The notes under the pieces are model-generated. The model searched no databases and had not been told where the DNA came from. It worked only from the letters and a program-made list of their open reading frames with translations. From Alphaproteobacteria bacterium (lineage in GTDB: Bacteria > Pseudomonadota > Alphaproteobacteria > Rs-D84 > SZUA-605), in NCBI GenBank assembly GCA_031549385.1, contig JAVBPW010000001.1, forward strand, positions 67,348-131,347: a DNA stretch of 64,000 nt, written 5' to 3'. How positions within the stretch are numbered: the stretch's first letter is position 1; every line of letters starts with the position of its first letter. Position numbers and translations under genes: made by a program. Below are positions 1 through 10,540 of this stretch, piece after piece.

Positions 1-914
1 TGCAACCATTCTGGACCTTTACCTTGAGCTGTAAATTGAGCTATTGTTGTTATTGATCCTAATAATGATGAAGCGAATATTGGAGGTATAACGTCAGCAG
101 TATTTACTTTTAATGGTAAGTATGATGTTTCTGGACGACCAATTTGCATACCTTGTTTTGGATAATGAAACTGTACTCTTCTTTCTGCACCTTCTACATA
201 TGAGATTAATGCTACTACTGCAACTGCAAGTAATAAAATGAAGATTATTGCTATTGGTGATAATTGTCCTACTTTTCCAAGTTCTAATGTTTTTAAAACT
301 GATGATGGAAGATTTGCTATAATACCTGTGAAGATGATTAATGATGAACCTTGACCAATACCACGTTGTGTGATTTGTTCACCTAACCAAACTACAAACA
401 TAGTACCACCTGTTAGAGTTAAGATTGTTGAAAATCTGAAGAATAATCCTGGATTTATCACAGCTGGAATTCCATTTTGAACAATTGCTTCTAATCCAAC
501 TGCAATACCAAATGCCTGTATCATACAAATTACTAATGTTAAATATCTTGTATATTGATTTATTTTCATGTGTCCAACTGCACCTGATTCTTTAATAGCT
601 TTTAATTCAGGAGATACTGCTGTTAATAATTGCATAATGATAGATGCTGAGATGTATGGCATAATATTTAATGCTAGTACAGCCATACGTGATAATGATC
701 CCCCAGAGAACATATCAAACATTCCCAAAAGACCACCTTTATTACTTGTAAAAAATTCTGTGATTACATTTGCATCTACTCCAGGAATTGGGATAAATGA
801 GCAAATTCTGTAAACAATAAGTGCAAGTAAGGTAAAAATTAACTTTTTCTTTAAGCTTGTTGCTCTTGATAATGTTTCAAGAGAGAAACCAGCGCGTGTA
901 TCTATTCCAGCCAT
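1..914 (-). CDS. secY: Preprotein translocase SecY (partial, 3' end beyond window)
   Basis: Minus-strand translation from the ATG at 912-914 reads MAGIDTRAGFSLETLSRATSLKKKLIFTLLALIVYRI..., a SecY N-terminus. Position after rplO matches the spc operon order. Confidence 0.85.
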   Translation of the reverse strand, partial: MAGIDTRAGFSLETLSRATSLKKKLIFTLLALIVYRICSFIPIPGVDANVITEFFTSNKGGLLGMFDMFSGGSLSRMAVLALNIMPYISASIIMQLLTAVSPELKAIKESGAVGHMKINQYTRYLTLVICMIQAFGIAVGLEAIVQNGIPAVINPGLFFRFSTILTLTGGTMFVVWLGEQITQRGIGQGSSLIIFTGIIANLPSSVLKTLELGKVGQLSPIAIIFILLLAVAVVALISYVEGAERRVQFHYPKQGMQIGRPETSYLPLKVNTADVIPPIFASSLLGSITTIAQFTAQGKGPEWL

Positions 915-936
915 TTCTTACCTTCCTTTCCTATTC

Positions 937-1431
937 TTATTTCTTTTTTGCAACTTTTTTTGAAACTGGTTTTACAACTTCAATAACTGTTACTTTTCCA
1001 CCAGCTTTTTCAATTTTTGCTTTTGCTTGAGCTGTGATTGCAGAAACTTCTACGTTAACTGCAACTTTTAATTCACCATTTGCTAAAATCTTCATTGGAT
1101 TTGCATTTGATTTTAATAATCCTAATGAGATGAATTCTTTTAAGCTTACTGTATCTTTAATTCTTTTGCAATCTGATAGATTTTGAATGTCAGTTAAAGT
1201 AATTATTGTATATTGCTTTTTAAAGATTTTATTGTTAAATCCCTTTTTAGGTATAACCATGAATATAGGTTTTTGTCCACCAGCAAAGTTGCTTAATCTT
1301 ACACCTGTTCTTGACTTTTGTCCTTTGTATCCACGACCAGCAGTTTTACCTTTAGTTGATCCAATTCCACGACCAAGTCTCATTTTTCTGTGATGTGCAC
1401 CATAATTGCCAGATATTTCATTCAATTTCAT
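937..1431 (-). CDS. rplO: 50S ribosomal protein L15
   Basis: N-terminus MKLNEISGNYGAHHRKMRLGRGIGSTKGKTAGRG is typical of L15. Operon position. Confidence 0.9.
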   Translation of the reverse strand: MKLNEISGNYGAHHRKMRLGRGIGSTKGKTAGRGYKGQKSRTGVRLSNFAGGQKPIFMVIPKKGFNNKIFKKQYTIITLTDIQNLSDCKRIKDTVSLKEFISLGLLKSNANPMKILANGELKVAVNVEVSAITAQAKAKIEKAGGKVTVIEVVKPVSKKVAKKK

Positions 1432-1432
1432 T

Positions 1433-1621
1433 TTATTTTACCTCTTCAACTTTTGTAAGATGAGCTACTTTTTTTACTTGACCCAATGTTGAGTCTGTTT
1501 TTTTGTAAATTTTTGATTTACCAATTCTTCCTAAACCCATAGCTTTTAATGTAGCTTCTTGAGTTTTATTTCGACCAATTGTTGATCCTGTTTGAGTTAC
1601 TTTTATCTTTTGTTCTGCCAT
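1433..1621 (-). CDS. rpmD: 50S ribosomal protein L30
   Basis: 62 aa. Sits between rpsE and rplO. KVTQTGSTIGR motif. Confidence 0.8.
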   Translation of the reverse strand: MAEQKIKVTQTGSTIGRNKTQEATLKAMGLGRIGKSKIYKKTDSTLGQVKKVAHLTKVEEVK

Positions 1622-1633
1622 TTCTTAGTCCTC

Positions 1634-2197
1634 TTATTCCTGTACACTTTCAACTTTTGTTTTTGGTTCTTTGTTATCTCTTACGCTAACAATTTCAGAT
1701 ATTTTTTTACCACGTCTTTCTGCAACAATCTTTGGAGATTGCACTGTTGATAAAGCTTTGAATGTAGCTTTTACAATATTATGTGGGTTTGCACTTCCAA
1801 GAGATTTTGATACGATATCTGTTATTCCTAATACTTCAAAGATAGCTCTCATTGGACCACCTGCAATAATTCCAGTTCCTTGTGGAGCAGTTCTTAGTAC
1901 AACTTTTCCAGCACCATATGTAGATGTAATGTCATGGTGCAATGTTCTTCCTTGACGAAGTGGAACTTTAATCATAGCTTTTTTAGCAGCTTCAGTTGCT
2001 TTTTTTACAGCGTCTGGAACTTCTTTTGCTTTTCCTGTACCATATCCAATATGACCTTTTTGATCTCCTACTACAACAATTGCAGAAAAGCCAAAGTTTT
2101 TTCCACCTTTAACTACTTTTGCTACTCTGTTGATAGATATCAAACGATCAACTAAAGCGTCTTCTGTTCTTTCTCTGTTTACTGGATTTTTTGCCAT
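1634..2197 (-). CDS. rpsE: 30S ribosomal protein S5
   Basis: Conserved S5 motifs ([24 protein letters not shown]). Operon order. Confidence 0.9.
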   Translation of the reverse strand: MAKNPVNRERTEDALVDRLISINRVAKVVKGGKNFGFSAIVVVGDQKGHIGYGTGKAKEVPDAVKKATEAAKKAMIKVPLRQGRTLHHDITSTYGAGKVVLRTAPQGTGIIAGGPMRAIFEVLGITDIVSKSLGSANPHNIVKATFKALSTVQSPKIVAERRGKKISEIVSVRDNKEPKTKVESVQE

Positions 2198-2216
2198 CTC
2201 TTATTTCCTTTTTATA

Positions 2217-2570
2217 TTAAAATTTTAGTCCTGCTTCACGTGCAGCTTCAGCTAATGCTCTTACTCTTCCATGATATGGATATGCCCCTCTGTCGAAGTA
2301 TACTTCGCCAATTTTTGCTTTTTTAGCAAGGGCAGCAAGTTGAGTTCCTACTGTTTTAGCAGCTTCTACATTATATGGTTTGCCTTTAAAATCTTTAGCT
2401 CTTGAAGAATAATAAACTAAAGTTTTGCCAGCTACATCGTCGATTATTTGTGCTTCAATATGTCTGTCTGAACGAAACACTGTTAATCTTAATTTAGAAG
2501 GATTTAATTTTTTTAAATTCCAACGATTTTTCTTTTTTCTTTTTAAAAAATCTAATTTCATATTCTTCAT
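2217..2570 (-). CDS. rplR: 50S ribosomal protein L18
   Basis: RLTVFRS..HIEAQIID motif. Operon order. Confidence 0.85.
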   Translation of the reverse strand: MKNMKLDFLKRKKKNRWNLKKLNPSKLRLTVFRSDRHIEAQIIDDVAGKTLVYYSSRAKDFKGKPYNVEAAKTVGTQLAALAKKAKIGEVYFDRGAYPYHGRVRALAEAAREAGLKF

Positions 2571-2582
2571 TTCATTTTACCT

Positions 2583-3116
2583 TTATTTCTTCTTTCCTTC
2601 TTTACGACGGATATATTGTCCTTTTTTGTGTATTCCTTTTCCTTTATAAGGTTCAGGCTTACGGAATTGTTGTATCTTTGATACTATCAATCCTAGTAAT
2701 TGTTTGTCTGCAGAAATTAATTTGAATTCTGTTGGTGATTGAATTTCTGCTTTTACACCTTGTGGTAATTCAAATGTAACATCGTGTGAAAATGCTAAGT
2801 TAAGTTGTAGTTTATTTCCTGATAATGCTACTTTATATCCTACACCTTTTAAAACAATTTCTTGTTCCCAACCAGTTGAAACACCTTTGTTAGCATTTGA
2901 AATCAATGAACGTAGTGTTCCCCACATTGTTCTTGCTTCTTGTGTTTGTACTAATGGTGACAATATGATTTTATTATCAACTTTTTCAACTTTTACTTTA
3001 TCTGAAGTAGGTATTGTTTGTTGACCTAATTTTCCTTTAACAATAATTTCTTTAGGAGTTAGGTTTATTTCTACACCTTCATTTAATATAACTGGTTGTT
3101 TTCCCAAACGTGACAT
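2583..3116 (-). CDS. rplF: 50S ribosomal protein L6
   Basis: MSRLGKQPV N-terminus. Operon order. Confidence 0.9.
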   Translation of the reverse strand: MSRLGKQPVILNEGVEINLTPKEIIVKGKLGQQTIPTSDKVKVEKVDNKIILSPLVQTQEARTMWGTLRSLISNANKGVSTGWEQEIVLKGVGYKVALSGNKLQLNLAFSHDVTFELPQGVKAEIQSPTEFKLISADKQLLGLIVSKIQQFRKPEPYKGKGIHKKGQYIRRKEGKKK

Positions 3117-3128
3117 CTTTTTCTTCCT

Positions 3129-3524
3129 TTAAAATACGTTACACAAAATTTCGCCGCCAAGTCCAAGTTTCTTTGCATTAGCATCTGTCATAACTCCTTT
3201 TGAAGTTGTAACAATTGCAACACCTAACCCATTATGAACTGATGGAATTTTTGTTGTTTGACTATATACTCTTCTTCCTGGTTTTGAAATACGAGAAATT
3301 TCTTGAATTACACCCGCACCATTAAAGTACTTTGGGTATATTTTCAAATCTGAAATTCCAGCTTTCTTTGATACTACTTCATAGTCTTCAATGAAACCTT
3401 CTTCTTTCAAAACTTTTAGCAAGTTTTCTTTTAATTTTGAAAATGGTGCTAATATAAATTCTTTTTTAGCTGATTGACCATTTTTTATTCTTGCTATTAA
3501 ATCACCTATTGGATCTGTTATCAT
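3129..3524 (-). CDS. rpsH: 30S ribosomal protein S8
   Basis: MITDPIGDLIARIKNGQ N-terminus. Confidence 0.9.
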   Translation of the reverse strand: MITDPIGDLIARIKNGQSAKKEFILAPFSKLKENLLKVLKEEGFIEDYEVVSKKAGISDLKIYPKYFNGAGVIQEISRISKPGRRVYSQTTKIPSVHNGLGVAIVTTSKGVMTDANAKKLGLGGEILCNVF

Positions 3525-3545
3525 TTTCTTATTCCTTTTATTATA

Positions 3546-3851
3546 TTACCAACTTGATTTACGAACACCTGGAATTTTTCCATTACTTGCTAGTTCGCGG
3601 ATTTGTATACGGCATAATTTGAACTTAGAATATACACCCTTAGATCTTCCTGTCAATTGACAGAAATTATGCAAACGGTTTTTAGCAGAACTTCTTGGTA
3701 ATTTTGCAAGTTTCAATTGTGCTGCAAAAATATCTTCTGGTTTTGCATTTTTATCTCTTGCTATTTTTAACAATGCAGTTCTTTTAGCATCATACTGTTT
3801 TACAAGCTTTCTTCTTTTTTGATCTCTTTCTAACATACAAGCTCTTGCCAT
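3546..3851 (-). CDS. rpsN: 30S ribosomal protein S14
   Basis: 101 aa with C-terminal GxxKSSW. Operon position. Confidence 0.85.
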   Translation of the reverse strand: MARACMLERDQKRRKLVKQYDAKRTALLKIARDKNAKPEDIFAAQLKLAKLPRSSAKNRLHNFCQLTGRSKGVYSKFKLCRIQIRELASNGKIPGVRKSSW

Positions 3852-3860
3852 AATTTCTCC

Positions 3861-4412
3861 TTAGTTATAAAACGGAAAGTTAAAGTGAGTTAATAACGCT
3901 TTACCTTCTTCATTTGTTTTTGCTGTTGTACATATTATTACATCCATACCACGAATAGCATCCATTTTATCGAAGTCTATTTCTGTGAAGATGATTTGTT
4001 CTTTAATTCCAAATGCATAATTTCCTGCACCATCAAAACTTTTTGCGTTTAATCCACGGAAGTCTCTTACTCTTGGAAGAGCTACGTTGATTAACTTATC
4101 TAAAAAGTCATACATTCTTTTCTTTCTTAGAGTTACTTTAACTCCAATTGGCATTCCTTCACGTAATTTAAATGAAGCAATAGATTTTTTTGCACGTGCT
4201 GTTACTGGCTTTTGACCTGAAATTGCAATCATATCTTTTTCAGCTGCATCAATCTTTTTCTTATCAAGAACAGCTTCACCAACTCCCATATTTAAAACTA
4301 TTTTTTCTAGTTTTGGAATTTGTAAATCATTTGCATAACCAAATTGCTTTTTTAATTCAGCTCTTATGGTTTTTTCATATAATTCTTGCAATCTTGCCTT
4401 TTCCATTTTCAT
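3861..4412 (-). CDS. rplE: 50S ribosomal protein L5
   Basis: L5 motifs. Operon order. Confidence 0.9.
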   Translation of the reverse strand: MKMEKARLQELYEKTIRAELKKQFGYANDLQIPKLEKIVLNMGVGEAVLDKKKIDAAEKDMIAISGQKPVTARAKKSIASFKLREGMPIGVKVTLRKKRMYDFLDKLINVALPRVRDFRGLNAKSFDGAGNYAFGIKEQIIFTEIDFDKMDAIRGMDVIICTTAKTNEEGKALLTHFNFPFYN

Positions 4413-4423
4413 TTTCCTTTATC

Positions 4424-4729
4424 TTATATAACTTCGCCAGTTCTTTTTGAAACGCGAACTTTTTTGCCATCTTTTTGTGTTTTGTAAGCTATTCTTGTTG
4501 CTTTTCCATCTTTTGGATCAATTAAAGAAACATTAGACACATGTATTGGAAGTGCTTTTTCTACAATTCCTGGAGCTTGTGTTTGTGTTGCTTTTTGATG
4601 TTTTTTTACAACATTTACACCTTCTACTAACACTTGGTTATCTTGAGGAAGAGCTTTTAAAACTTTTCCTTTTTTACCTTTATCTTTTCCTGTTAGAATA
4701 ACAACTAAATCATCTTTCTTTATTTTCAT
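4424..4729 (-). CDS. rplX: 50S ribosomal protein L24
   Basis: [25 protein letters not shown] motif. Confidence 0.85.
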   Translation of the reverse strand: MKIKKDDLVVILTGKDKGKKGKVLKALPQDNQVLVEGVNVVKKHQKATQTQAPGIVEKALPIHVSNVSLIDPKDGKATRIAYKTQKDGKKVRVSKRTGEVI

Positions 4730-4740
4730 TTTTTAATCCT

Positions 4741-5112
4741 TTATATCACTTCTGGTGCTAGAGATATGATTTTTGTAAAATCTTTATTACGTAATTCTCT
4801 TGCTACTGGTCCAAAAATACGAGTTCCTAAAGGTTCTTTATTTGTTGGATTGATTAACACAACTGCGTTTTTATCAAAACGAATTGTTGAACCATCAGCA
4901 CGTTTTACAGATTGTTTTGTTCTTACAATAACTGCTTTTTTAACTTCACCTTTTTTTACTTTTCCTTTTGGAATAGCTGTTTTGATAGATACTACGATAA
5001 TATCTCCAAGGGAAGCAAATCTTCTTTTTGATCCGCCCAATACTTTAACACATTGTACTGATCTTGCACCTGAGTTATCTGCTACTTCTAATACTGTTTG
5101 CATTTGTATCAT
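4741..5112 (-). CDS. rplN: 50S ribosomal protein L14
   Basis: [18 protein letters not shown]-terminus. Confidence 0.9.
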   Translation of the reverse strand: MIQMQTVLEVADNSGARSVQCVKVLGGSKRRFASLGDIIVVSIKTAIPKGKVKKGEVKKAVIVRTKQSVKRADGSTIRFDKNAVVLINPTNKEPLGTRIFGPVARELRNKDFTKIISLAPEVI

Positions 5113-5117
5113 AGTTT

Positions 5118-5366
5118 TTACGCCTTTTTATTTGATGGTTTCTTTATTACTTCAAAACTTTTTGTTTTTGAAATAGGTTTACATTCTTGGATGAACACTT
5201 TGTCACCTACTTGTGCTTCATTCTTTTCATCATGAGCATGGTATTTTTTATTGCTTTTTACAATCTTTTTATACAATGGGTGAGCAAAACGTCTTTCAAC
5301 ATTTACTACTATTGTTTTATCCATTTTTGTACTTACAACTTCACCTTGTAATATTCTTCTAGGCAT
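5118..5366 (-). CDS. rpsQ: 30S ribosomal protein S17
   Basis: Operon order. [14 protein letters not shown] motif. Confidence 0.85.
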   Translation of the reverse strand: MPRRILQGEVVSTKMDKTIVVNVERRFAHPLYKKIVKSNKKYHAHDEKNEAQVGDKVFIQECKPISKTKSFEVIKKPSNKKA

Positions 5367-5566
5367 TATTTGCCTCCTTTATTTAAAGCAGTTTTAACTT
5401 GTGCAATGTTCTTTCTTGTTTTTCTTATAGAACTTGTATCTTTTAATTGTCCTGAATGAGCTTGAAATCTCAAGTTCATCATATCTTTTTTCAAATCCAT
5501 CAACTTTGTAGTTAATACTGACTTTGATGAAGTTTGTAATTTTGCTTGTTCGTCTTTTTTCAACAT
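5366..5566 (-). CDS. rpmC: 50S ribosomal protein L29
   Basis: 66 aa. Sits between rplP and rpsQ. Confidence 0.8.
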   Translation of the reverse strand: MLKKDEQAKLQTSSKSVLTTKLMDLKKDMMNLRFQAHSGQLKDTSSIRKTRKNIAQVKTALNKGGK

Positions 5567-5567
5567 T

Positions 5568-5981
5568 TTATTCCCCTAGTCTTTCTACAAATTTAGATTT
5601 GATTGGTAATTTTGCTGCAGCTAGCGCTAATGCTTCTTCTGCTACTTCTCTTTTTACACCGTCGATTTCAAATAAAATCTTTCCTGGATGTACACGACAT
5701 GCCCAAAATTCTACTGCACCTTTTCCTTTACCCATACGAACTTCAGCTGGTTTCTTTGAAACTGGAACATCTGGAAATATTCTTATCCATACTTTACCTT
5801 GACGTTTCATAAATTTTGTCATAGCACGACGAGCAGCTTCAATTTGACGAGCAGTAACTCTTTCTGGTTGCATCGCTTTTAATCCAAATTGACCAAATGA
5901 TAGTGTAAACCCACCTTTTGCATCCCCATGGATACGACCTTTATGTGCTTTACGAAATTTTGTTTTTTTTGGCTGTAACAT
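5568..5981 (-). CDS. rplP: 50S ribosomal protein L16
   Basis: [17 protein letters not shown]-terminus. Confidence 0.9.
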   Translation of the reverse strand: MLQPKKTKFRKAHKGRIHGDAKGGFTLSFGQFGLKAMQPERVTARQIEAARRAMTKFMKRQGKVWIRIFPDVPVSKKPAEVRMGKGKGAVEFWACRVHPGKILFEIDGVKREVAEEALALAAAKLPIKSKFVERLGE

Positions 5982-5995
5982 TTACTTATCCTCTT

Positions 5996-6655
5996 TTATT
6001 TTTCTTCAACTTTTTTCGCAGTTTGTTTTTTATCTTCTTCTGGTTGTCTGTAAATCCAAACTTTAACACCAATAATTCCATATGCAGTTTGTGCTTTTGC
6101 AAGTGCATAGTCTACGTCTGCACGTAATGTATGTAGAGGAATTGAACCTTCACGGTATTCTTCTGATCTTGCAATTTCAGCACCACCAAGACGACCTGAT
6201 ACACGTGCACGAATTCCAAGAGCACCCATTTTTAATGTGCTTTGCATAGCTTTTTTCATTGCACGTCTGTATGAAATTCTTTTTTCAAGTTGTTGTGCAA
6301 TACTTTGTGCAGTTAAATTTGCATCAAGTTCTGGTTTTCTTACTTCTAATATATTTAATGACACTTCTGATTTTGTCATTGATTGTAATAATTTTTTTAA
6401 CTTTTCAATATCTTCACCTTTTTTACCAATGATAACACCTGGACGTGAAGCGTGAATTGTTATAATAGCTCTTTTTGAAGGACGTTCTATTGTTACTTCT
6501 GCAATTCCTGCTGCTTTTAATTTCTTTTCAATAAATTCTCTTATTTTGATATCTTCTAATAATAAATCAGCATAGTCTTTTTTTGCAAACCAACGAGAAG
6601 ACCAACTTTTATTTATTAATAATCTAAAACCAATAGGATTTACTTTTTGTCCCAT
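5996..6655 (-). CDS. rpsC: 30S ribosomal protein S3
   Basis: [13 protein letters not shown]-terminus and KH domain. Lys-rich C-terminal tail. Confidence 0.9.
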   Translation of the reverse strand: MGQKVNPIGFRLLINKSWSSRWFAKKDYADLLLEDIKIREFIEKKLKAAGIAEVTIERPSKRAIITIHASRPGVIIGKKGEDIEKLKKLLQSMTKSEVSLNILEVRKPELDANLTAQSIAQQLEKRISYRRAMKKAMQSTLKMGALGIRARVSGRLGGAEIARSEEYREGSIPLHTLRADVDYALAKAQTAYGIIGVKVWIYRQPEEDKKQTAKKVEEK

Positions 6656-6656
6656 A

Positions 6657-7097
6657 TTATGCTTCCTTCTTTACTTTTGTTTCTTTTTTTGCAGCAACTT
6701 TTTTAGGAGCTGCTTTTTCTTTTTTTTCACCAGCTTCTTGTTCTTCAACAATTACTGTTAAATTTGAGAATGGACGTAGTATTTTAAAAGCTCTTCCCTT
6801 TTGACGTGGACGGAATCTTTTTAATACCATAGCTTTTCCAACATAACATTCTGATACAACTAATTTATCAGCGTCTAAACCTTGATTGTTTGTTGCATTT
6901 GCTATTGCTGATAGAACAGCTTTTTTAACATCAATTGCACTTCTTTTTGGTGAGAATGTTAAATAATTAAGAGCTTTTGCAACTGGCATCTTTCTGATTG
7001 CTGCTGCAACTAAGTTTAATTTTTGTGGAGATGTTGTTAACATTCCAACGTATGCTCTTGTCTGTTTTTCTGTTAATCCATATCTTTGTTTTGACAT
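6657..7097 (-). CDS. rplV: 50S ribosomal protein L22 (with Lys/Ala-rich C-terminal extension)
   Basis: L22 core plus a C-terminal [23 protein letters not shown] tail. Confidence 0.85.
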   Translation of the reverse strand: MSKQRYGLTEKQTRAYVGMLTTSPQKLNLVAAAIRKMPVAKALNYLTFSPKRSAIDVKKAVLSAIANATNNQGLDADKLVVSECYVGKAMVLKRFRPRQKGRAFKILRPFSNLTVIVEEQEAGEKKEKAAPKKVAAKKETKVKKEA

Positions 7098-7113
7098 ATT
7101 ATTCTACCTTTTC

Positions 7114-7422
7114 TTATTTCTTTGCTGCTGGCTTTTGAGCTGGTTTTGCAGCTGCTTTTTTATCTGTACCACTATGTCCTGGGAATGTGCGAGTCGGTGC
7201 AAATTCACCAAGTTTTGATCCAATCATTTCTGGAACGATTAATACAGGAATAAATTTATTTCCATTATGAACTGCTATTGTTAACCCTTCCATTTGTGGT
7301 AATATAACAGATCCACGAGACCAAGTTTTAAGTGGCTTTCTGTCATTTGTTTCATTTGCTTTTTTTATTTTCTTAAGCAATGAAGGGTGAACATATGGGC
7401 CTTTCCAAATTGAACGTGACAT
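7114..7422 (-). CDS. rpsS: 30S ribosomal protein S19
   Basis: [12 protein letters not shown]-terminus. Confidence 0.9.
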   Translation of the reverse strand: MSRSIWKGPYVHPSLLKKIKKANETNDRKPLKTWSRGSVILPQMEGLTIAVHNGNKFIPVLIVPEMIGSKLGEFAPTRTFPGHSGTDKKAAAKPAQKPAAKK

Positions 7423-7436
7423 TAATTACTCCTTTA

Positions 7437-8270
7437 TTATTTTTTCTTAGCTTGGTGACGAGTTCTAAGAATAAAATTATTCGTTCTTTTATTTGTTCTT
7501 GTTTTCTTTCCACGTAAACCTTTACCTGTACGAGAAACTGGATGTTTACCAAAGTTTCTACCTTCACCTCCACCAAGAGGGTGGTCTACTGGATTCATAG
7601 CTGTTCCACGTACATGTGGACGTTTTCCTAACCAACGGTTACGACCAGCTTTTCCTAATTTTATGTTTCTGTTGTCTGCATTTGATAATGCACCAATTGT
7701 TGCAAAACATTCTGAATTTACTAATCTTAATTCACCTGATGCTAATTTTAATTGAACATGACCAACTTCTTTTCCAATTAATTGAGCATATGCTCCTGCT
7801 GATCTTGCTACCGTTCCGCCAGCTGCTGGTGATAATTCAATATTATGAACTAATGTTCCAATTGGCATATTTTTTAATTTCATAGCATTTCCAACTTTGA
7901 TATCAGCTTTTTCTGCAGATACAACTTTTTGGCCAATTTCTAATTTTTGTGGTGCTAAGATATATGCTTTTTCACCATCTTCATAAGAAATCAATGCAAT
8001 ATATGCAGTTCTGTTTGGATCGTATTCTATTCTTTCTACTAATCCTGGAATGTTGAATTTTTGTCTTTTAAAATCAACTAAACGATAAAGTCTTTTATGT
8101 CTTCCACCTGTATTGATTGAAGTATTGTGACCTTTATTATTTCTTCCACCAGTTCTGCTTAAACCAACTGTCAATTTTTTATATGGCTTACCTTTATGCA
8201 ACTGAGAACGGTCAACTAAAACTACGTTTCGTTGTCCTGCTGTTGTTGGATTTAATTTTCTTAATGCCAT
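7437..8270 (-). CDS. rplB: 50S ribosomal protein L2
   Basis: 277 aa with conserved L2 motifs (GGGEGR, HPxG). Confidence 0.9.
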   Translation of the reverse strand: MALRKLNPTTAGQRNVVLVDRSQLHKGKPYKKLTVGLSRTGGRNNKGHNTSINTGGRHKRLYRLVDFKRQKFNIPGLVERIEYDPNRTAYIALISYEDGEKAYILAPQKLEIGQKVVSAEKADIKVGNAMKLKNMPIGTLVHNIELSPAAGGTVARSAGAYAQLIGKEVGHVQLKLASGELRLVNSECFATIGALSNADNRNIKLGKAGRNRWLGKRPHVRGTAMNPVDHPLGGGEGRNFGKHPVSRTGKGLRGKKTRTNKRTNNFILRTRHQAKKK

Positions 8271-8287
8271 CTTTCTTTTCCTTTATC

Positions 8288-8611
8288 TTATATATTTGTA
8301 AAATCTATATTTTGTCCATCAATCAAAGTAACATAAGCTTTTTTTGCATTGCTTCTTGCCCCTAATACTCCACGGAATTTTTTAGATTTTCCTTCAATAT
8401 TTACTATATTTACTGACTTCACTTGAGTTTTATATAAAGTCTCTATTGCAGTTTTTACATCTTGTTTTGTTGCTTTTGGATCAACACAAAATACAACTTT
8501 TCCATCTTGTGCAACAAATGTAGACTTTTCTGTTATGACAGGTTTTTTAATAATGTCATACATCCAAGCTTTTATTTCTTTTTTATCTGTATTTTTTGCA
8601 ACTTTAGCCAT
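8288..8611 (-). CDS. rplW: 50S ribosomal protein L23
   Basis: Operon order. ITEKS motif. Confidence 0.8.
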   Translation of the reverse strand: MAKVAKNTDKKEIKAWMYDIIKKPVITEKSTFVAQDGKVVFCVDPKATKQDVKTAIETLYKTQVKSVNIVNIEGKSKKFRGVLGARSNAKKAYVTLIDGQNIDFTNI

Positions 8612-8622
8612 ATCTTAATCCT

Positions 8623-9246
8623 TTATTTCTCAAATCTTTTTTCTACAGCTTCCAACCCTTGTTTTGTTATAACAAGTGTATTGTGATTTAATATGCTATA
8701 TACATTTAAACCAATAGCTGGAATTATATCCATATGTTTTACATTTGATATTGCTTTTGTGAAATTTTCATCAAAAGTATTTTCACCTACAAATAATGCT
8801 GATTTTAAATTTAATCCTTTTAGCATTTTTGATAAATCTTTTGTTTTGTCTGTTTTTAATTTTTCACTATCTAATATCACTAATTGTTTTTCAGCTTGCT
8901 TTGAAGATAAAGCCATCTTTAATCCCAATGCACGAAATTTTTTTGTTAAATTGTAACCATGATCACGAACAACTGGCCCAAATATTCTTGCACCACCACG
9001 CATTTGTGGAGAACGTAATGAACCTTGTCTTGCATTACCTGTTCCTTTTTGTGCAAATGGTTTTCTTGTTGTTCCACTTATTTCAGAAATACCTTTTGTT
9101 TTATGATTTCCTGATCTTGCTTTATCAAGTTGCCATTGTACAATACGATGTAAAATATCTTTTCTTGGATCGATTCCAAAAATTTCTTTTTTCAAATCAA
9201 CTGAACCAACTACTTTATTATCAAAATTAACTATATCATGTTTCAT
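8623..9246 (-). CDS. rplD: 50S ribosomal protein L4
   Basis: Operon order. L4 length and motifs. Confidence 0.85.
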   Translation of the reverse strand: MKHDIVNFDNKVVGSVDLKKEIFGIDPRKDILHRIVQWQLDKARSGNHKTKGISEISGTTRKPFAQKGTGNARQGSLRSPQMRGGARIFGPVVRDHGYNLTKKFRALGLKMALSSKQAEKQLVILDSEKLKTDKTKDLSKMLKGLNLKSALFVGENTFDENFTKAISNVKHMDIIPAIGLNVYSILNHNTLVITKQGLEAVEKRFEK

Positions 9247-9248
9247 AA

Positions 9249-9980
9249 TTATTCCCCTTGATTCTCAACTTGTACTTCAGCTGGTTTTGATTTTGTTGTT
9301 TCAATTACACCTGCTGGAAAAGGCACACCTGCTGGTAATTCTTTTTTAACAGCGTCTTTGATTAATACAAATGCTCCTTTATGACCAGGAACAGCACCTT
9401 TTACAATTAATAAACCATTTTCTAAATCTGCTTCAATTACTTCTAAGTTTTGAATAGTTACTCTTTCAACACCTAAGTGACCAGCCATTTTCTTATTTTT
9501 AAATGTCTTTCCACCACCTTGTCTTGTACCAGTTGATCCATGAGAACGATGAGCTTTTTTCACACCGTGTGATGCTTCAAGTCCTGCAAAGTTCCATCTT
9601 TTCATAGGACCTGCAAAACCTTTACCAATTGTTACACCTATTACATCTACAAATTGTCCTTTAATAAAATGTGCCGGAGACAATTGTGTTCCGACAGCTA
9701 GCATACAATCTGGAGATACTCTGAATTCAACCACTTTTTGTGCTGGTTTTAAATCATTCTTTTTATATAGACCTGCCTCAGGTTTATTTACTCTTGATTC
9801 TTTCTTTTCACCAAAACCTAAACATACAGCTTGATAACCATCTTTATCCATGTCTTTTACATTAACAACACGATTGCTATCAATTTGTATTACAGTAACA
9901 GGTACTTGATGGTCGGAACCTTCAAATACTCTTGTCATGCCTACTTTTTTTCCAATTAATCCTGAACGCATATTATCCAT
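9249..9980 (-). CDS. rplC: 50S ribosomal protein L3
   Basis: GLIGKKVGMTRVF N-terminus. Confidence 0.9.
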   Translation of the reverse strand: MDNMRSGLIGKKVGMTRVFEGSDHQVPVTVIQIDSNRVVNVKDMDKDGYQAVCLGFGEKKESRVNKPEAGLYKKNDLKPAQKVVEFRVSPDCMLAVGTQLSPAHFIKGQFVDVIGVTIGKGFAGPMKRWNFAGLEASHGVKKAHRSHGSTGTRQGGGKTFKNKKMAGHLGVERVTIQNLEVIEADLENGLLIVKGAVPGHKGAFVLIKDAVKKELPAGVPFPAGVIETTKSKPAEVQVENQGE

Positions 9981-9984
9981 CCCT

Positions 9985-10293
9985 TTACAATTCTATTTTT
10001 ACATCCACACCTGCAGGAAGAACTATCTTCATAAGAGCGTCTACGGTTTGTGGGGTTGGTTCAACTATATCTAATAATCTTTTGTGAGTTCTTATTTCAA
10101 ACTGTTCACGTGCTTTTTTATCAATATGTGGACCTCTGTTTACTGTTAATCTTTCTATCTTTGTTGGGATAGAAATTGGCCCTTGAATTTTTGCACCAGT
10201 TCTTTTTGCTGTGTTAACTATTTCAATAACTGCAGCATCCACACCTTTGTGGTCGAAAGCTTTTAAACGAATACGAATATTAGAATTTACCAT
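9985..10293 (-). CDS. rpsJ: 30S ribosomal protein S10
   Basis: [10 protein letters not shown] motif. First gene of the S10 operon. Confidence 0.9.
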   Translation of the reverse strand: MVNSNIRIRLKAFDHKGVDAAVIEIVNTAKRTGAKIQGPISIPTKIERLTVNRGPHIDKKAREQFEIRTHKRLLDIVEPTPQTVDALMKIVLPAGVDVKIEL

Positions 10294-10496
10294 TTTAATT
10301 CCTATTTTATTTTTTCAAATTTTTCTTTTTTATTTTTAAATCAACAGTTTGAGAGATTTTTATTTATTTTTTAAAATATCAAACTTTTGTTGATAAGACT
10401 AGCTATACCGCTGAGTCTTGTAAAACCTGCACAAAGAATAAAGTATTTCTTTTTATATTGCAAGCGAAAACTTTCGTTTTCTTTACTTTTTAAGCA

Positions 10497-10531
10497 TAAA
10501 AAAACTTTTGGAATTTTTATTCCAAAAGTTT
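10497..10531 (-). terminator. Hairpin cttttggaatttttattccaaaag downstream of fusA / upstream of rpsJ leader
   Basis: Perfect 10-bp inverted repeat in the 247-bp fusA-rpsJ spacer. Could act as an attenuator between the str and S10 operons. Confidence 0.4.
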
Positions 10532-10540
10532 TGTTATATT

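Noticed and set aside
1187-1393. 68-aa plus-strand ORF inside rplO
   Set aside because: Antisense to a highly conserved ribosomal gene with no SD. Typical spurious AT-rich ORF. The same applies to 1671-1955, 1934-2155, 4190-4450, 4766-5176, 5524-5812, 5918-6127, 6237-6455, 7616-7885, 8117-8365, 8462-8686, 8693-9230, 10387-10614, 10668-11160 and 13056-13265.
7373-7576. 67-aa minus-strand ORF overlapping the rpsS/rplB junction
   Set aside because: Out-of-frame overlap of two conserved genes, with no independent signal.
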